NCBI GenBank assembly: GCA_963724295.1
Contig: CAVRUC010000004.1
Coordinates: 331,551-395,550, forward strand
Source: an uncultured Chloroflexia bacterium
GTDB lineage: Bacteria > Chloroflexota > Chloroflexia > Thermomicrobiales > UBA6265
Direction of reading: 5' to 3'
Length of the DNA stretch: 64,000 bases
Part shown: one piece after another, positions 29,292 to 40,295 of the stretch
How positions within the stretch are numbered: position 1 is the first letter of the stretch
How the letters are laid out: the number at the start of each line of letters is the position of its first letter
Translations under genes and position numbers: made by a program
Notes under the pieces: model-generated
Databases searched by the model: none
What the model was told of the DNA's origin: nothing
Seen by the model: the letters and a program-made list of their open reading frames with translations, nothing else

Positions 29292-30401
29292 ATGGCGTTC
29301 GAGACCACGCTACCCGGCCGGTACTTCTACGATCCCGAGATCTACGCGCGCGAACAAGAGTGCCTCTTTGGTCAGATGTGGACCTGTGTCGGCCGCGCCG
29401 ACGCCCTCCCCACCGCCGGCGACTTCAAGACCGTCGAGCTAGCCGGGGAGAGCGTCCTCATCGTGCGCGGCCGCGACGGTGAGCTGCGTGCCTTTCTCAA
29501 CGTCTGCCGTCACCGCGGAGCGCGACTCTGCCTGGAGCCGTGTGGCAACACCGGCGCGGCTATCCAGTGCATGTACCACGCCTGGTCCTACGCACTGGAC
29601 GGCCGTCTCATCGGCGCTCCCAACATCGCCCGCGACGAATCACTGGATCGTGAAACCCTCGGACTCGTACCTGTTCATCTCGACGTCTGGGAAGGACTCA
29701 TCTGGCTCTCACTCGCCGAAGATCCGGCTCCAGTTACGGCCCAGCTCGAGCCAGCGCTGCGCGACCGCTTCGGCGAGCTGGAGAAATTCCGCCGCTACGA
29801 CGTCGGGTCGCTCGCGGTCGGACGATCGATTACCTACGACATCGCCGCGAACTGGAAGCTGGTCGTCGAGAATTTCATGGAGTGCTACCACTGCGCTCCG
29901 GTCCACCCCGAGCTGACCAGCCTCCTTCCCGATTTCCGCCTCGGCACGTCCTATCAGGGGATCGTCGGTCAGGGCACCGCGTTCGCCGATGAGATCGACG
30001 CCTTCACCCTCTCCGGCCGGGGTGAGCGTGCGATGCTCCCCGGCCTGCTGCCTTCCGACGCCCGGCTCTATTACGGGTTCGTCCTGTGGCCGAACCTCTT
30101 CATCAACCTCCTTCCCGACCACGTGATCCTGCACACCCTCACGCCGCTGGGACCGGAACAATCGCGCGTGGTCTGCGACTGGTTGTTCACGCCGGAGGAG
30201 ATCGCGCGGCCGGGGTTCGACCCCGAGGACACCGTCGCCGTCTTCGACATCACCAATCGTCAGGACTGGGACGTCTGCGAACGCACGCAGCTCGGGATGC
30301 GCTCGCGCGCCTACGTCAATGGCGGTCTCTACGTCTCCAACGAGCAGCACATCGCCGTGTTCCGTGACCTCGTGCTGGAGCGCCTGGGTGCACCCGCATG
30401 A
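29292..30401 (+). CDS. Rieske oxygenase alpha subunit (GbcA/choline monooxygenase-like)
   Basis: NVCRHRG..CMYHAWSY Rieske motif; NWKLVVENFMECYHC..VH mononuclear Fe site. Confidence 0.93.
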   Translation: MAFETTLPGRYFYDPEIYAREQECLFGQMWTCVGRADALPTAGDFKTVELAGESVLIVRGRDGELRAFLNVCRHRGARLCLEPCGNTGAAIQCMYHAWSYALDGRLIGAPNIARDESLDRETLGLVPVHLDVWEGLIWLSLAEDPAPVTAQLEPALRDRFGELEKFRRYDVGSLAVGRSITYDIAANWKLVVENFMECYHCAPVHPELTSLLPDFRLGTSYQGIVGQGTAFADEIDAFTLSGRGERAMLPGLLPSDARLYYGFVLWPNLFINLLPDHVILHTLTPLGPEQSRVVCDWLFTPEEIARPGFDPEDTVAVFDITNRQDWDVCERTQLGMRSRAYVNGGLYVSNEQHIAVFRDLVLERLGAPA

Positions 30402-31201
30402 CATCGCTCAATTGGGCTGACCTGGCGCCGGACCGCCAGAGCCCGGTCCCTCTCTACTATCAGCTGGCGGCGGCCATTCGCGAGTGGATCCGCGCCGGCG
30501 CGCTCGCGCCCGGGGCCCAGTTGCCCGCGGAACGCGAGCTGGCCGAGCGCACCGGTATCAGTCGCATGACCGCGCGGCAGGCGCTCGCCGACCTCGCTCG
30601 CGGTGGCGACGTCGCCGTGAAGCACGGGGTCGGCACCTTTGTCGCGGAACCGAAGCTGACCCATGATGCCCTGCATCTCCTTGGCTTCACCGAGGAGATG
30701 GAGCGCGTGGGCGGAGCTGTCAGCTCCCGTGTGCTGGAGCAGGAGGTGACCTCGCCGCCTCCTGCCATCGCCGCGGCTCTCGATCTCCAGGACGGCGATG
30801 AGACCGTGCGCATCGTCCGCCTGCGCTCCGCGGCGGCAACACCGCTGCTTCTGGAAACGAGCTGGATCCCGCGCTCGCGCTGTCCCGGCCTGGAGCACGA
30901 GGACCTGGAGCGCCAATCGTTGTACTCGCTCCTGGAGGTTCGCTACGGACACCGCCCCCGCGCGGCGCGGCAGACCATCGAGGCAACCAGCGCCAGTGCA
31001 TTCGAAAGCGATCTGCTGAATATCGCCGAGGGCGCGCCGATGCTCCGGTTGGAAGGAGTCACGACGACCGACCGCGGCACGCCGATCGAGTGGTTCCAGG
31101 CCATCTACCGCGCCGACCGGGTGAAGATCGCGGTCGAGGGCGCCCGCGAGTCCCAGCCGGTGGCAGCGGCGGGGCCGCCGATGAGCGTGATGCTGACGTG
31201 A
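30398..31201 (+). CDS. GntR family regulator, HutC/UTRA subfamily
   Basis: PLYYQL, LPAERELA..GISRMTARQAL, GVGTFV, UTRA-like C-terminus. Confidence 0.93.
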   Translation: MTSLNWADLAPDRQSPVPLYYQLAAAIREWIRAGALAPGAQLPAERELAERTGISRMTARQALADLARGGDVAVKHGVGTFVAEPKLTHDALHLLGFTEEMERVGGAVSSRVLEQEVTSPPPAIAAALDLQDGDETVRIVRLRSAAATPLLLETSWIPRSRCPGLEHEDLERQSLYSLLEVRYGHRPRAARQTIEATSASAFESDLLNIAEGAPMLRLEGVTTTDRGTPIEWFQAIYRADRVKIAVEGARESQPVAAAGPPMSVMLT

Positions 31202-31279
31202 TCTCACTGACGTGGAGAGCTAAAGGAGGAGTCCCCGGTGGTAGTTGAGACGGCTCGGGCGGCGAGCAAAGAGGGCGCC

Positions 31280-32389
31280 ATGCGCGACCCGGTTCGCGTT
31301 GGCGTCATCGGCAGTGGCAGCGTCGCGCAGAAGTACATCCCGCACATGCAGCGGATGAACATTCCCCGGCAGCGGGTCGATATCACCGTCATCTGCGATC
31401 CGAACGAGCGCCAGTGGGACGATGCCAGGCAGCGCTACGCGCTCGACACGTTCACTCCGGACTACCGCGAAGTTCTGGCCGACCCGAACATCGACCTCGT
31501 CCTCGTGCTCACCTCGATGCAACAGCATGGTGAGATTGCGCGGGCCGCGCTCGAGGCCGGCAAGCACGTGCTGGTCGAGAAACCAATGGCCATGACCCTC
31601 CCGGAGGCCGCGGAGCTGGTCAAGCTCGCGGAGCGAAGTCCCGGGTATCTCGTCTGCGCGCCGCACGTCGTCCTCAGCCCGACCTATCAGGCGATCTGGC
31701 AGCGTCTGCAGCAGGGGGCCATCGGCACGGTCCTCAGCGCGCGCGGATTCTACGGCTGGTCGGGGCCGAGCTGGGGGCAGTGGTTCTATCGACCCGGCGG
31801 CGGGGCGATGTTCGACCTCGGCGTCTACAACGTCACCACCCTCACCGGTCTCCTCGGTCCCGCGCGGCGAGTGATGGCCATGAGCGGCATCGCCATCCCG
31901 GAGCGGGTGGTCGACGACGAGCTGATCCAGGTCGGCACGCACGACAACGCGCACCTGCTGCTCGACTTCGGTGATGCCCGCTATGCCGTAGTCACGACCG
32001 GGTTCACCATGCAGCGCTACAAGGTACCGGGGATCGAGCTCTATGGCACCGAGGGCACGATCCAGATGATTGGCGAGGATTGGGCACCCGCCGGTTACGA
32101 GATGTGGCAGAACAGCGCCGGCTGCTGGCAGGTCTTCGACGAAGGATCCCGCTGGCCGTGGACCGATGGTATCCGCCACACGATCGAATGCATCGAAACC
32201 GGGACCGCACCGGTGATCACTCCGGAGCACGCCTATCACGTGCTGGAGATCATGCTCAAGTCGATGGAATCGGGGGACACCGGGCAGGCGATCCCCATCG
32301 AGAGCACGTTTACCCCGCCTCGCTTCGAGGGCGCCTCGACACTTGGTCCTGGCACACACCTGATTCACGATCCGGGCGCGGAGACATGA
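31280..32389 (+). CDS. Gfo/Idh/MocA family oxidoreductase
   Basis: VGVIGSG, GKHVLVEKP, GGGAMFDLGVY. Confidence 0.92.
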   Translation: MRDPVRVGVIGSGSVAQKYIPHMQRMNIPRQRVDITVICDPNERQWDDARQRYALDTFTPDYREVLADPNIDLVLVLTSMQQHGEIARAALEAGKHVLVEKPMAMTLPEAAELVKLAERSPGYLVCAPHVVLSPTYQAIWQRLQQGAIGTVLSARGFYGWSGPSWGQWFYRPGGGAMFDLGVYNVTTLTGLLGPARRVMAMSGIAIPERVVDDELIQVGTHDNAHLLLDFGDARYAVVTTGFTMQRYKVPGIELYGTEGTIQMIGEDWAPAGYEMWQNSAGCWQVFDEGSRWPWTDGIRHTIECIETGTAPVITPEHAYHVLEIMLKSMESGDTGQAIPIESTFTPPRFEGASTLGPGTHLIHDPGAET

Positions 32390-33252
32390 CGTACAAGCCG
32401 TCACCCCGGCCGACCTTCGATGGGCCAGCCGCTATTCACTACGAATCCATCACCCGCCATCTCTGGGGCGACGAGGACGCGGGCGAAGTGGCGGACTGGA
32501 TCTATGTCTCCAGCGACCGCATCCATCAGCTCGTCTACGGGCTGTCGCCGGGAGGCGCCTTTCGCCATTCCGATTCTTTCCGCACCGTCTTCGCCGCCGA
32601 CGTCGTCTACTACGTGCTGAGCGGGACGCTGGTGATCGCCAATCCGGGTACCGGCGAGGTGCAGCGCCTGGAGCCCGGCGAAGCGGCTTTTTTCCGGCGC
32701 GACACCTGGCATCATGCGTTCAACTACAGCACCGAGCCGTTGCGTGTGCTGGAGTTTTTCGCGCCGCCGCCCTCTCAGGGGACCTCCGGCGCCTACGCGC
32801 GGGCCCAGCCCTATCTGGATCTGGCCGGCTCCCGCTACGCCCGCGACGGCTGGCTGGGGCGCTGGCCCGCGGCCGCGGCCGAAGAAGCGACCAGCCGCAC
32901 GATCCATCCCATCCGAGCGGGTGATGTCCTCTGGCATTTGCAAGGGCGGGAGCGTCCACTCCTGGTGGGACTGCTCGTCTCGACCGAACATCTCACCGTC
33001 GGCCGCATCGACCTGCTGCCAGGTCAGCGGTCGGAAGCCGAGTGCCACGGCGGCGACGAAGCGATCTACGTCCTCTCGGGCACGGTTCATATTCGCCCGC
33101 TCGGCGAATCGGGACCCGGCTGGCTGGAGCTTGCCCAGCGCGACGGCTGCTATCTCCCGGCGGGTACGCCGCACCAGTACTACAACATCGGTGGCGAGCC
33201 GGCCTCTCTCCTGTTCGGTGTCGCGCCATCCTACCGATGCGAGGAGCGCTAG
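32386..33252 (+). CDS. Bicupin-domain protein
   Basis: Two cupin repeats (YYVLSGTL..TWHH; HGGDEAIYVLSG..YLPAGTPHQY); ATGA overlap. Confidence 0.8.
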   Translation: MTYKPSPRPTFDGPAAIHYESITRHLWGDEDAGEVADWIYVSSDRIHQLVYGLSPGGAFRHSDSFRTVFAADVVYYVLSGTLVIANPGTGEVQRLEPGEAAFFRRDTWHHAFNYSTEPLRVLEFFAPPPSQGTSGAYARAQPYLDLAGSRYARDGWLGRWPAAAAEEATSRTIHPIRAGDVLWHLQGRERPLLVGLLVSTEHLTVGRIDLLPGQRSEAECHGGDEAIYVLSGTVHIRPLGESGPGWLELAQRDGCYLPAGTPHQYYNIGGEPASLLFGVAPSYRCEER

Positions 33253-34218
33253 GTGGACGCCACGCGGCTGGGCCGGTCCGAAGAATGGTGCATCGGCGTC
33301 GACGTCGGCGGCACGAAGATCGCCGCCGGCGCGGTCGAGCTTGGGAGCGGAGCAGTCGCGTTCCGGCGCGAAATGTCGACCCGGCCCGAGCGCGGCGCAG
33401 AGGCGGTGCTCGCCGACATCGAGATGCTGGCCGAGACTATCGCCGGGGAGCTGCGTAGCGATGGACGCGTTCCCGTCGCGGTCGGGATCGGGGTGCCGGA
33501 GCTGGTCGATGCGGCGGGATATATCCGCAGCGCCCATTTGCTCGACTGGTCAACGATACCGATGGTAGAGCGCGTGGGGGCGATCGCACCGGCGGTCATT
33601 GCCGCCGACGTGCGCGCGGCGGCACTGGCCGAGGCCAGGCACGGCGCCGGTCGCGAGTTCGACAGCTTCGCTTACATCAGCATTGGCAGCGGGATCAGCT
33701 CGACCGTGGTGCAGGAAGGCGTTCCCCTGGCGGGCGCACGCGGCGGAGCACTCGTCCTCTCTTCTGGCTCGTTGGGCGTGCCCTGCCCCGAGTGCAGCAC
33801 CTGGACCGAGTTCGTGCTGGAAGATTACGCCTCGGGTCCGGCGCTGGCACGTCGCTACACCGCGGCCACCGGTCGCGTCGTCGAAGGCGCCGAAGCGGTT
33901 ATCGCCGCCGCCAACGACGGTGATCCCGCGGCGGTGCAGATCGTCGACAGCGCCGCCGACGCCCTCGGCAGCTCGCTCGGCTGGCTGGTGAACGTGCTCG
34001 ACCCCGAGGCCATCGTCGTCGGCGGCGGTCTCGGGTTGGCGCCGGGTCGCTTCCGGGACAGGCTGATCGAGGCGACACGGAATCACATCTGGAACCCGGG
34101 GGCGCGCGGGCTGCCGTTCGTCTCGGCCGCGCTCGGCGCGGATGCTGGACTGATCGGCGCGGCGTTGACCTCGGCGGCAAGAACGGAACACCTGATGACG
34201 ACGAGCGAAAGGAGGTGA
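33253..34218 (+). CDS. ROK family sugar kinase
   Basis: GVDVGGTKI, DVRAAALAEA, LEDYASG, LDPEAIVVGGG, AGLIGAA. Confidence 0.9.
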   Translation: MDATRLGRSEEWCIGVDVGGTKIAAGAVELGSGAVAFRREMSTRPERGAEAVLADIEMLAETIAGELRSDGRVPVAVGIGVPELVDAAGYIRSAHLLDWSTIPMVERVGAIAPAVIAADVRAAALAEARHGAGREFDSFAYISIGSGISSTVVQEGVPLAGARGGALVLSSGSLGVPCPECSTWTEFVLEDYASGPALARRYTAATGRVVEGAEAVIAAANDGDPAAVQIVDSAADALGSSLGWLVNVLDPEAIVVGGGLGLAPGRFRDRLIEATRNHIWNPGARGLPFVSAALGADAGLIGAALTSAARTEHLMTTSERR

Positions 34219-34330
34219 ACACGCGGTGCGGCCGGCTTGCCAATACCGGCCATGTACTCCGTCCATATCGTCAATCACGTCCCCGCCGCGCGTGCGGCGG
34301 AGACCAGGATCAGCGCCAAAGGAGTCGCAA

Positions 34331-35747
34331 ATGAACACAAAATTCCAACGCCTTCCCGATGTTGCTTTCAGCCGCCGGCGGCTCGTGCAGTCCGCCGGCG
34401 CCGGCGCCCTGCTGGCCGCCACACCGGTCGGACGCGGCATTTCTTCGGTGTTCGCTGGACCAGCGCGGCAGGATGCGGCCACGGTCACCTTCTGGACGCC
34501 GGGCGGCTCGCCGACCTACTGCGAGGTCCACACCGAGATTGCCGCCGATTTCAAAGCGGTCAACCCCAATGTGACCGTCAATTTCCAATGCGGTACGGAC
34601 TCGGATGCCTTCACGGAACGACTGCTGGGCGCCATCGCCGGCCGGCAATCCACCGGACGCCACCGTCTACTGGGATACTCCAGTCTCGCTCGGCGTACGC
34701 GGTGCGCTGTTGCCGCTTGACGACATGATGGCGGAGGCCGAGTACGCCACGGTCGAGAACTGGCCGGCCGGGGTGCTCGCGAGCTGCCAGTTCGGCGGTC
34801 AAACGTGGGGACTGCCGGTGGCCGCCGGCACGTACGGCATCTGGTACAACCAGGAACTGTTCGAGTCCAAAGGGATCCCCAGCGATCCCGCCAGCTTCCC
34901 CAAGACGTGGGACGAGCTGCGCGCGCTCTCGAAGGAATTCACCCAGTGGGAAGGGGATCGGCTCGTCACGGCTGGCTACGTTATCCCCCCTCCGTCGGGC
35001 CTCGCTCCCACCTTGCCCATCTGGTCGGCGCTCAACGGCGGCCAGCTTTACGACGCCGCCAACCAGCGCTACACGATCGACGCCGAGCCGAACGTGGCGA
35101 TGATGGACTATTTCATCGCCTGGCTGGACGAGGAGTTCCAGGGCGACTTCAACAAGGTCAATCGCTCCGGCGCCTGGGGCGCGTACCCGAGCGACGAGGG
35201 ACAGCCGCCGCAGTTCCAGGCGGGTAACCTGGCGATGATTGAGTGGGGGAGCTGGGGTCTCGGCGACTTCTATGCGTACGGGGAGCCGGCCTTCGAACGG
35301 TGGGAAGTCGCGCCCTACCCGGTCGGACCCGACGGTGAGACGGTTGTCTCGGGGTATTGGCCGAACTGGCTCGTTATTCCCCAGAACGCTCGCCAACCCG
35401 AGGCGGCCTTCGACTATCTCGACTACATGAGCGGCGTCGGCGTCGTCAAATGGTTCGAGGTGATCCCCGATCTTCCGACGAATGCCGAGGTGCCCGAGAC
35501 CGTGCCGACCCTGGTCGCCGAGAAGCGAGGCGAGGAGTTCGCCACGAAGGCGATCGCCTTCTTCCGGGATCAGCTCGACGTCGTCACGCCGATGTGGGAC
35601 TCGCCCGTGCAGGGATTCGCCCTCGACCAGCTCACCCTGGCTCTCGAGCGCATCCTGACCAAGCAGGGCGCTCCTCAGGCGGTCCTGGCCGAAACCCAGC
35701 AAGCCTGCCAGGCAGAGCTGGAGAGTGTGCTCGCCAGCCAGGGGTAG
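34331..35747 (+). CDS. Sugar ABC transporter substrate-binding protein (Tat signal); frameshift at ~34640
   Basis: SRRRLVQ Tat-like signal; an extra G at ~34640 joins ..LLGAIA to AGNPPD..; WYNQELF, PKTWDEL. Confidence 0.88.
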
Positions 35748-35839
35748 CGATTCGGCACGCCCGGCCAGCGAATGTCCGACGGTGTAGCGGGCAGGGGGCG
35801 CGGATTGCGCCCCCTGCCCTGAGCGAAAGGTCACGGGGA

Positions 35840-36775
35840 ATGGCGATCGCGATTCCCATCCGCCGGACCCGAACCCGCGCGGTGCCCCGGCTCGACCGGC
35901 AAGCGCGGGCAGGGCTCCTTTTCGTCCTGCCCTGGCTGATCTTTCTGGTGGTATTCACGGCTTACCCGGTGCTCGGCACCTTTACCCTCTCCTTCACCGA
36001 CTATTCGGTGATCCAGGCGCCGAACTGGGTCGGTCTCGATAACTACCAGCGGATGTTCTTCGCGGATGCTTCGTTCTGGACGGCCGTCAAGAACAGCGCC
36101 TTCTACGCCGCTGTCTCCGTCCCCCTGAGGCTGGTGCTGGCATTGCTGCTGGCGCTCGTCCTCAACCTCGGGGTCCGCGGCATCTCCGCTTACCGGGTCA
36201 TCTTCTACCTGCCAGCGCTCGTTCCCCCGGTGGCGGCGACGATCGTCTTCATGCTGATGTTCAACCTGGACACGGGACCGATCAACGTCGGTCTGCGTGC
36301 GCTCGGGGTGTCACCGCCCGACTGGCTGCGCGATCCGGTCTGGGCCAAACCGGCATTGATCATCCTCGGTCTCTGGCCGCTCGGGATCGAGGTCCTCGTC
36401 TTTCTCGCCGGTCTCAAGGAGATCCCGCAGGATCTGCTCGATGCCGCCGCGGTCGATGGCGCCGGTCGGTGGCGCCGGCTCGTCGGGATCACGATTCCGC
36501 TACTGACGCCGGTCATCCTCTTCAATCTCGTCATCGGCGTCATCTATTCGTTCCAGGTCTTCACCCCGGCGCTGATCATCGGCGACACCACCGGCGAACC
36601 GTTGGAATCGACGCTGATGTACATGGTGCTCATCTACCGCAATGCCTTCCGCTATTTCTCGATGGGCTACGCGGCGGCACAGGCGATGATCCTGTTCGCC
36701 GCGGTTGCGGTGCTGACGCTGCTCATCTTTCGCTCGGCGCGAGTCTGGGTCCACTACGAAGGAGGTGAACGGTGA
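35840..36775 (+). CDS. Carbohydrate ABC transporter permease
   Basis: FVLPWLI, SFTDY, WVGLDNY, EAA-like LLDAAAVDGAG. Confidence 0.93.
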   Translation: MAIAIPIRRTRTRAVPRLDRQARAGLLFVLPWLIFLVVFTAYPVLGTFTLSFTDYSVIQAPNWVGLDNYQRMFFADASFWTAVKNSAFYAAVSVPLRLVLALLLALVLNLGVRGISAYRVIFYLPALVPPVAATIVFMLMFNLDTGPINVGLRALGVSPPDWLRDPVWAKPALIILGLWPLGIEVLVFLAGLKEIPQDLLDAAAVDGAGRWRRLVGITIPLLTPVILFNLVIGVIYSFQVFTPALIIGDTTGEPLESTLMYMVLIYRNAFRYFSMGYAAAQAMILFAAVAVLTLLIFRSARVWVHYEGGER

Positions 36776-37666
36776 GCCAGGTCACCGTGCCGACACACGG
36801 GTCAACCTCTGACCGAGCGACGGTTCGGCCAGCAGGTCCAGCGCCTCGCGGGGCAGGTGGCGAAGCACATCCTGCTCATCGCCGTCTCCATCGTCTTCCT
36901 CGTACCGTTCTACTGGATGCTGACCTCCGCGCTGAAGGACAACACCCAGATCTTCGCTTTCGAGCCACAGTGGTGGCCGAATCCGGTGCACTGGGAAAAC
37001 TTCGCCACCGCGATCAACTTTCCGGGCTTTCCGTATCTGCGCCTGCTCGGCAACAGCGTCTTCTACGCCGGCGCGGTGACGATCGGCACGGTCTTCTCCT
37101 GTGCCGCGGTCGCCTACGGATTTGCGCGCCTGCGCTTTCCAGGCCGTGACTTGTTGTTCGGGATCACGCTCGCGACGCTGATGATCCCGCCGATCGTCAC
37201 GTTCATCCCCACATACATTCTCTTTGCCACGACTGGGCTGACTGGCTCCTATGCACCGCTGATCATCCCCCGCTTCCTCGGGGACGCCTTCTACATCTTC
37301 ATGCTCCGCCAATTCTTCAAGGGCATACCGGCCGACCTCTCTGACGCCGCTCGGATCGATGGCGCCAGTGAGTTCCGGATCTTCTGGGAGATCATGTTGC
37401 CCCTGGTGCGGCCCGCTTTGATCGTGGTTGCAGTCTTTTCCATTCTGTACACCTGGCACGATTTCTTCGGTCCGCTCATCTACCTGCAAGACCCGCTTTC
37501 GTATCCGCTCAGCCTCGGCCTCTACGCCTTCCGCTCGCAACGTGCCATGGAATGGGCGCTGATCATGACGGCCTCGACCTTGACCGTGCTGCCGCTAATC
37601 CTCGTCTTCCTCTTCACGCAGCGCTATTTCATCCGCGGCGTGGCGATGACGGGATTGAAGGGATGA
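36772..37666 (+). CDS. Carbohydrate ABC transporter permease; N-terminal frameshift at ~36810
   Basis: PFYWML, AYGFARLRFPGR, DAARIDGASE, FTQRYFIRG. Confidence 0.9.
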
Positions 37667-37763
37667 TGGAGACGAGTCGTGAGTCGGTGTAGAGAGTAAC
37701 ACGCCGCCAGCTGATAGCCGATAGCTGAGAGCGTATGGCCGACAACGACGCGAAAGGGAGCGG

Positions 37764-38918
37764 ATGACAGTGCCAGTCAAGGCCGGGTTGATTGGGTGCG
37801 GCAGCCTGTCGCTGATCGGGATCCTGCCGCAACTCGCTGAGCCAGACGCCAAGGAGCGGCTCGAGCTGGTGGCCGTCTGTGATGTCAATGAAACCCGCGC
37901 CCGCGAGACGGCTGAGCGGTTCGGCGTTGCGGATGCCTACTCCGATCCCCAGGAGCTGATCGCCCGCGACGATATCGATCTCGTCCTCGTCATCACTCCG
38001 ATCGAATACCACTATTCCCTGGCCATGGACGCGTTACGCGCCGGCAAGCACGTCTACGTACAGAAGACGATGGCGACCACCTACGCCGAAGCGCGCGAGA
38101 TGGTCGAAACCGCCCGCGAGCGCGGTCTGACGCTGGTTGCCGCCCCCGGTCAGATGCTGGCCCCGGCCATGCAGGCCATGAAGCAGCTCGTATCGTCCGG
38201 CGCGCTGGGCGACGTCTACTGGGCATGGGGCAGCACCGGCGGCTGGTACCACGACGAACCGACCCGCCGCGGCGAAGGAGCACTGGGGGCGGTCGATCCG
38301 ACCTGGTACTACCGGGCGGCGGGTGGTCCCCTGCGCGATGTCACGGTCTACGTGCTGCACAGCCTGACCGGGGTGCTGGGACCGGCGCAGCGGGTGACGG
38401 CGATGTCCGGCATCCGCAATCCGATGCGGCAGTGGCGGGACAAGCGCATCCCGGTCGAGGTCGACGACAACTCGCTCCTGCTCCTCGACTTCGGCGGATC
38501 GACCTTCGCCATGGCCGGCGGCCACGCCAGCCGTACCGGCGAGCTGGTGCAGTGGGGATCGATGGGCATCTACGGTTCGGGCGGCGCCATCGAGACGCTG
38601 GAGATCGAGCCCCTCTCAGGACATCCGACGCGACTCTCCATCAGCGCGGCGGACAATGGGGTGGAAACGGCGGAGCTGAAGCGGCTGGACGATGGCACGT
38701 ACGCCACCGCGGCGTGGCTGCCATACGTGACCGAGACCCACGCTCGCATCCCGGAACCCCACGTCTACTCCGACATCCTGCATGCGGTCGACTGTATCGA
38801 GCGCGGAGAGCATCCGCTCGTCTCCGGCGAGCATGGCGCCCATGTGGTCGAGATCATCGAGAAGGGATATCTCGCGGCGAAGACTGGTGTTACCCAGGAG
38901 CTGGAAAGCCGGTTCTGA
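37764..38918 (+). CDS. Gfo/Idh/MocA family oxidoreductase
   Basis: AGLIGCG, GKHVYVQKTMA (variant of EKP), GGPLRDVTVY. Confidence 0.9.
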   Translation: MTVPVKAGLIGCGSLSLIGILPQLAEPDAKERLELVAVCDVNETRARETAERFGVADAYSDPQELIARDDIDLVLVITPIEYHYSLAMDALRAGKHVYVQKTMATTYAEAREMVETARERGLTLVAAPGQMLAPAMQAMKQLVSSGALGDVYWAWGSTGGWYHDEPTRRGEGALGAVDPTWYYRAAGGPLRDVTVYVLHSLTGVLGPAQRVTAMSGIRNPMRQWRDKRIPVEVDDNSLLLLDFGGSTFAMAGGHASRTGELVQWGSMGIYGSGGAIETLEIEPLSGHPTRLSISAADNGVETAELKRLDDGTYATAAWLPYVTETHARIPEPHVYSDILHAVDCIERGEHPLVSGEHGAHVVEIIEKGYLAAKTGVTQELESRF

Positions 38919-38953
38919 CACGGCACGTTACTTCACGCGGAGCAGCCCACGCC

Positions 38954-39044
38954 AGTGTCATCCCGAGGAACGAGGGATCTCGTCTCAACCGAGCGCTCAA
39001 TAGCTGGGGAGACGAGATTCCTCGCCGCGGCTCGGAATGACACT
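38954..39044. repeat. REP-like palindromic element (GTCATCCCG..CGGAATGAC type)
   Basis: AGTGTCATCCCGAG...CTCGGAATGACACT outer arms with inner GAGGGATCTCGTCTC / GAGACGAGATTCCTC. Confidence 0.8.
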
Positions 39045-39091
39045 CAACTCGCATCGAGCCGCCGGTGGTCGATTGAATGGAACGAGGACTC

Positions 39092-40168
39092 ATGACCCGA
39101 ACAGTGAAACTCGCGCTCCTTGGTTGCGGCGACGTCGCCCAGCGCGATTACCTGCCGGAGATGCACCGACTGGCTGGGCGAGCGGAGCTGGTTGCCGTCT
39201 GTGGCCGCACCCCCGAGCGAGTGCGGCACGTCGCGGAGCGGTACGACATCCCGGCACGGTACGACGACTACCGGTCCATGCTCGCGGAAAGCGATGCCGA
39301 GGCGGTGATCAACCTTACCCCTATCCAGCTCCACGCGGAAACCACCCTGGCGGCGCTGGAGGCCGGAAAGCACGTCTACAGCGAGAAACCGATAACCACC
39401 ACACTCGATGATGCACTGCGCATCCGCGATGAAGCAGAACGCCGCGGTCTGACCCTCGTCTGCGCTCCGTCGGTGCTCCTCTTCCCGCAGGTTCGATTCG
39501 CGCGGGAGCTGGTCAATAGCGGCCGGATCGGCAAAGTTCACGCCGCGCTTGGCCGGGGGTATGGCGGCGTTCCCCCATGGAGTGGGTATCCCTCTGATCC
39601 CAGCCCGTTCTTTGCCCGCGGCGCGGGACCGCTGGCCGACATGGGGGTCTACCCACTGCACGCCATTACCGGCATCCTCGGTCCCGCGAAACGTGTCAGC
39701 GCCTTCGCCGCCCAGGCGCGGGACGGCTTCGTCATCGAGGAAGGCCCATTCGCCGGCAAGCGCGTCCCGATCGAAGTCGCGGACAACTGGCATCTCATGC
39801 TCGATCTCGGCGACGAGCGGCTGGCCTCGGTGACCGCCAACAACGTCGCCCAGGATAGCCGCGCGCCGCAGATGGAGCTCTTCGGGCTGGACGGCACGGT
39901 CTCGGTCAATCTGCTCGATGTCTCGGCGCCGGTCGAGACCCTGGTTCCGGGTGAAGGGTGGACATCCCACTCCATTCCGCACGAGCGGACCGCTGGCCCG
40001 GATCACCTGCTCGGCGTCGAGCACCTGGTGGAGTGTCTGTCCAGCGGCACGCGCCCCATCCCGAGCATCGACCACGCGATCCACGTCGTCGAGATCATGG
40101 AGGCCGCGACCCGCTCCACGGCTACCGGCCGCGCGTTCGACCTGGAGACCACGTTCGCTCGAACGTAG
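39092..40168 (+). CDS. Gfo/Idh/MocA family oxidoreductase
   Basis: ALLGCG, GKHVYSEKP, GAGPLADMGVY. Confidence 0.92.
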   Translation: MTRTVKLALLGCGDVAQRDYLPEMHRLAGRAELVAVCGRTPERVRHVAERYDIPARYDDYRSMLAESDAEAVINLTPIQLHAETTLAALEAGKHVYSEKPITTTLDDALRIRDEAERRGLTLVCAPSVLLFPQVRFARELVNSGRIGKVHAALGRGYGGVPPWSGYPSDPSPFFARGAGPLADMGVYPLHAITGILGPAKRVSAFAAQARDGFVIEEGPFAGKRVPIEVADNWHLMLDLGDERLASVTANNVAQDSRAPQMELFGLDGTVSVNLLDVSAPVETLVPGEGWTSHSIPHERTAGPDHLLGVEHLVECLSSGTRPIPSIDHAIHVVEIMEAATRSTATGRAFDLETTFART

Positions 40169-40295
40169 CGCCCAAGCATCATCTGACGCGAGCGACGCCA
40201 TTGCCGGCGTCGCCCCAACGACCGCGTCCCGGCTGAAGGCAACGTTCAACGAGCCGCAACCCGGTTGGCATCCGATAGCCTCGATTCCGGTCGCC

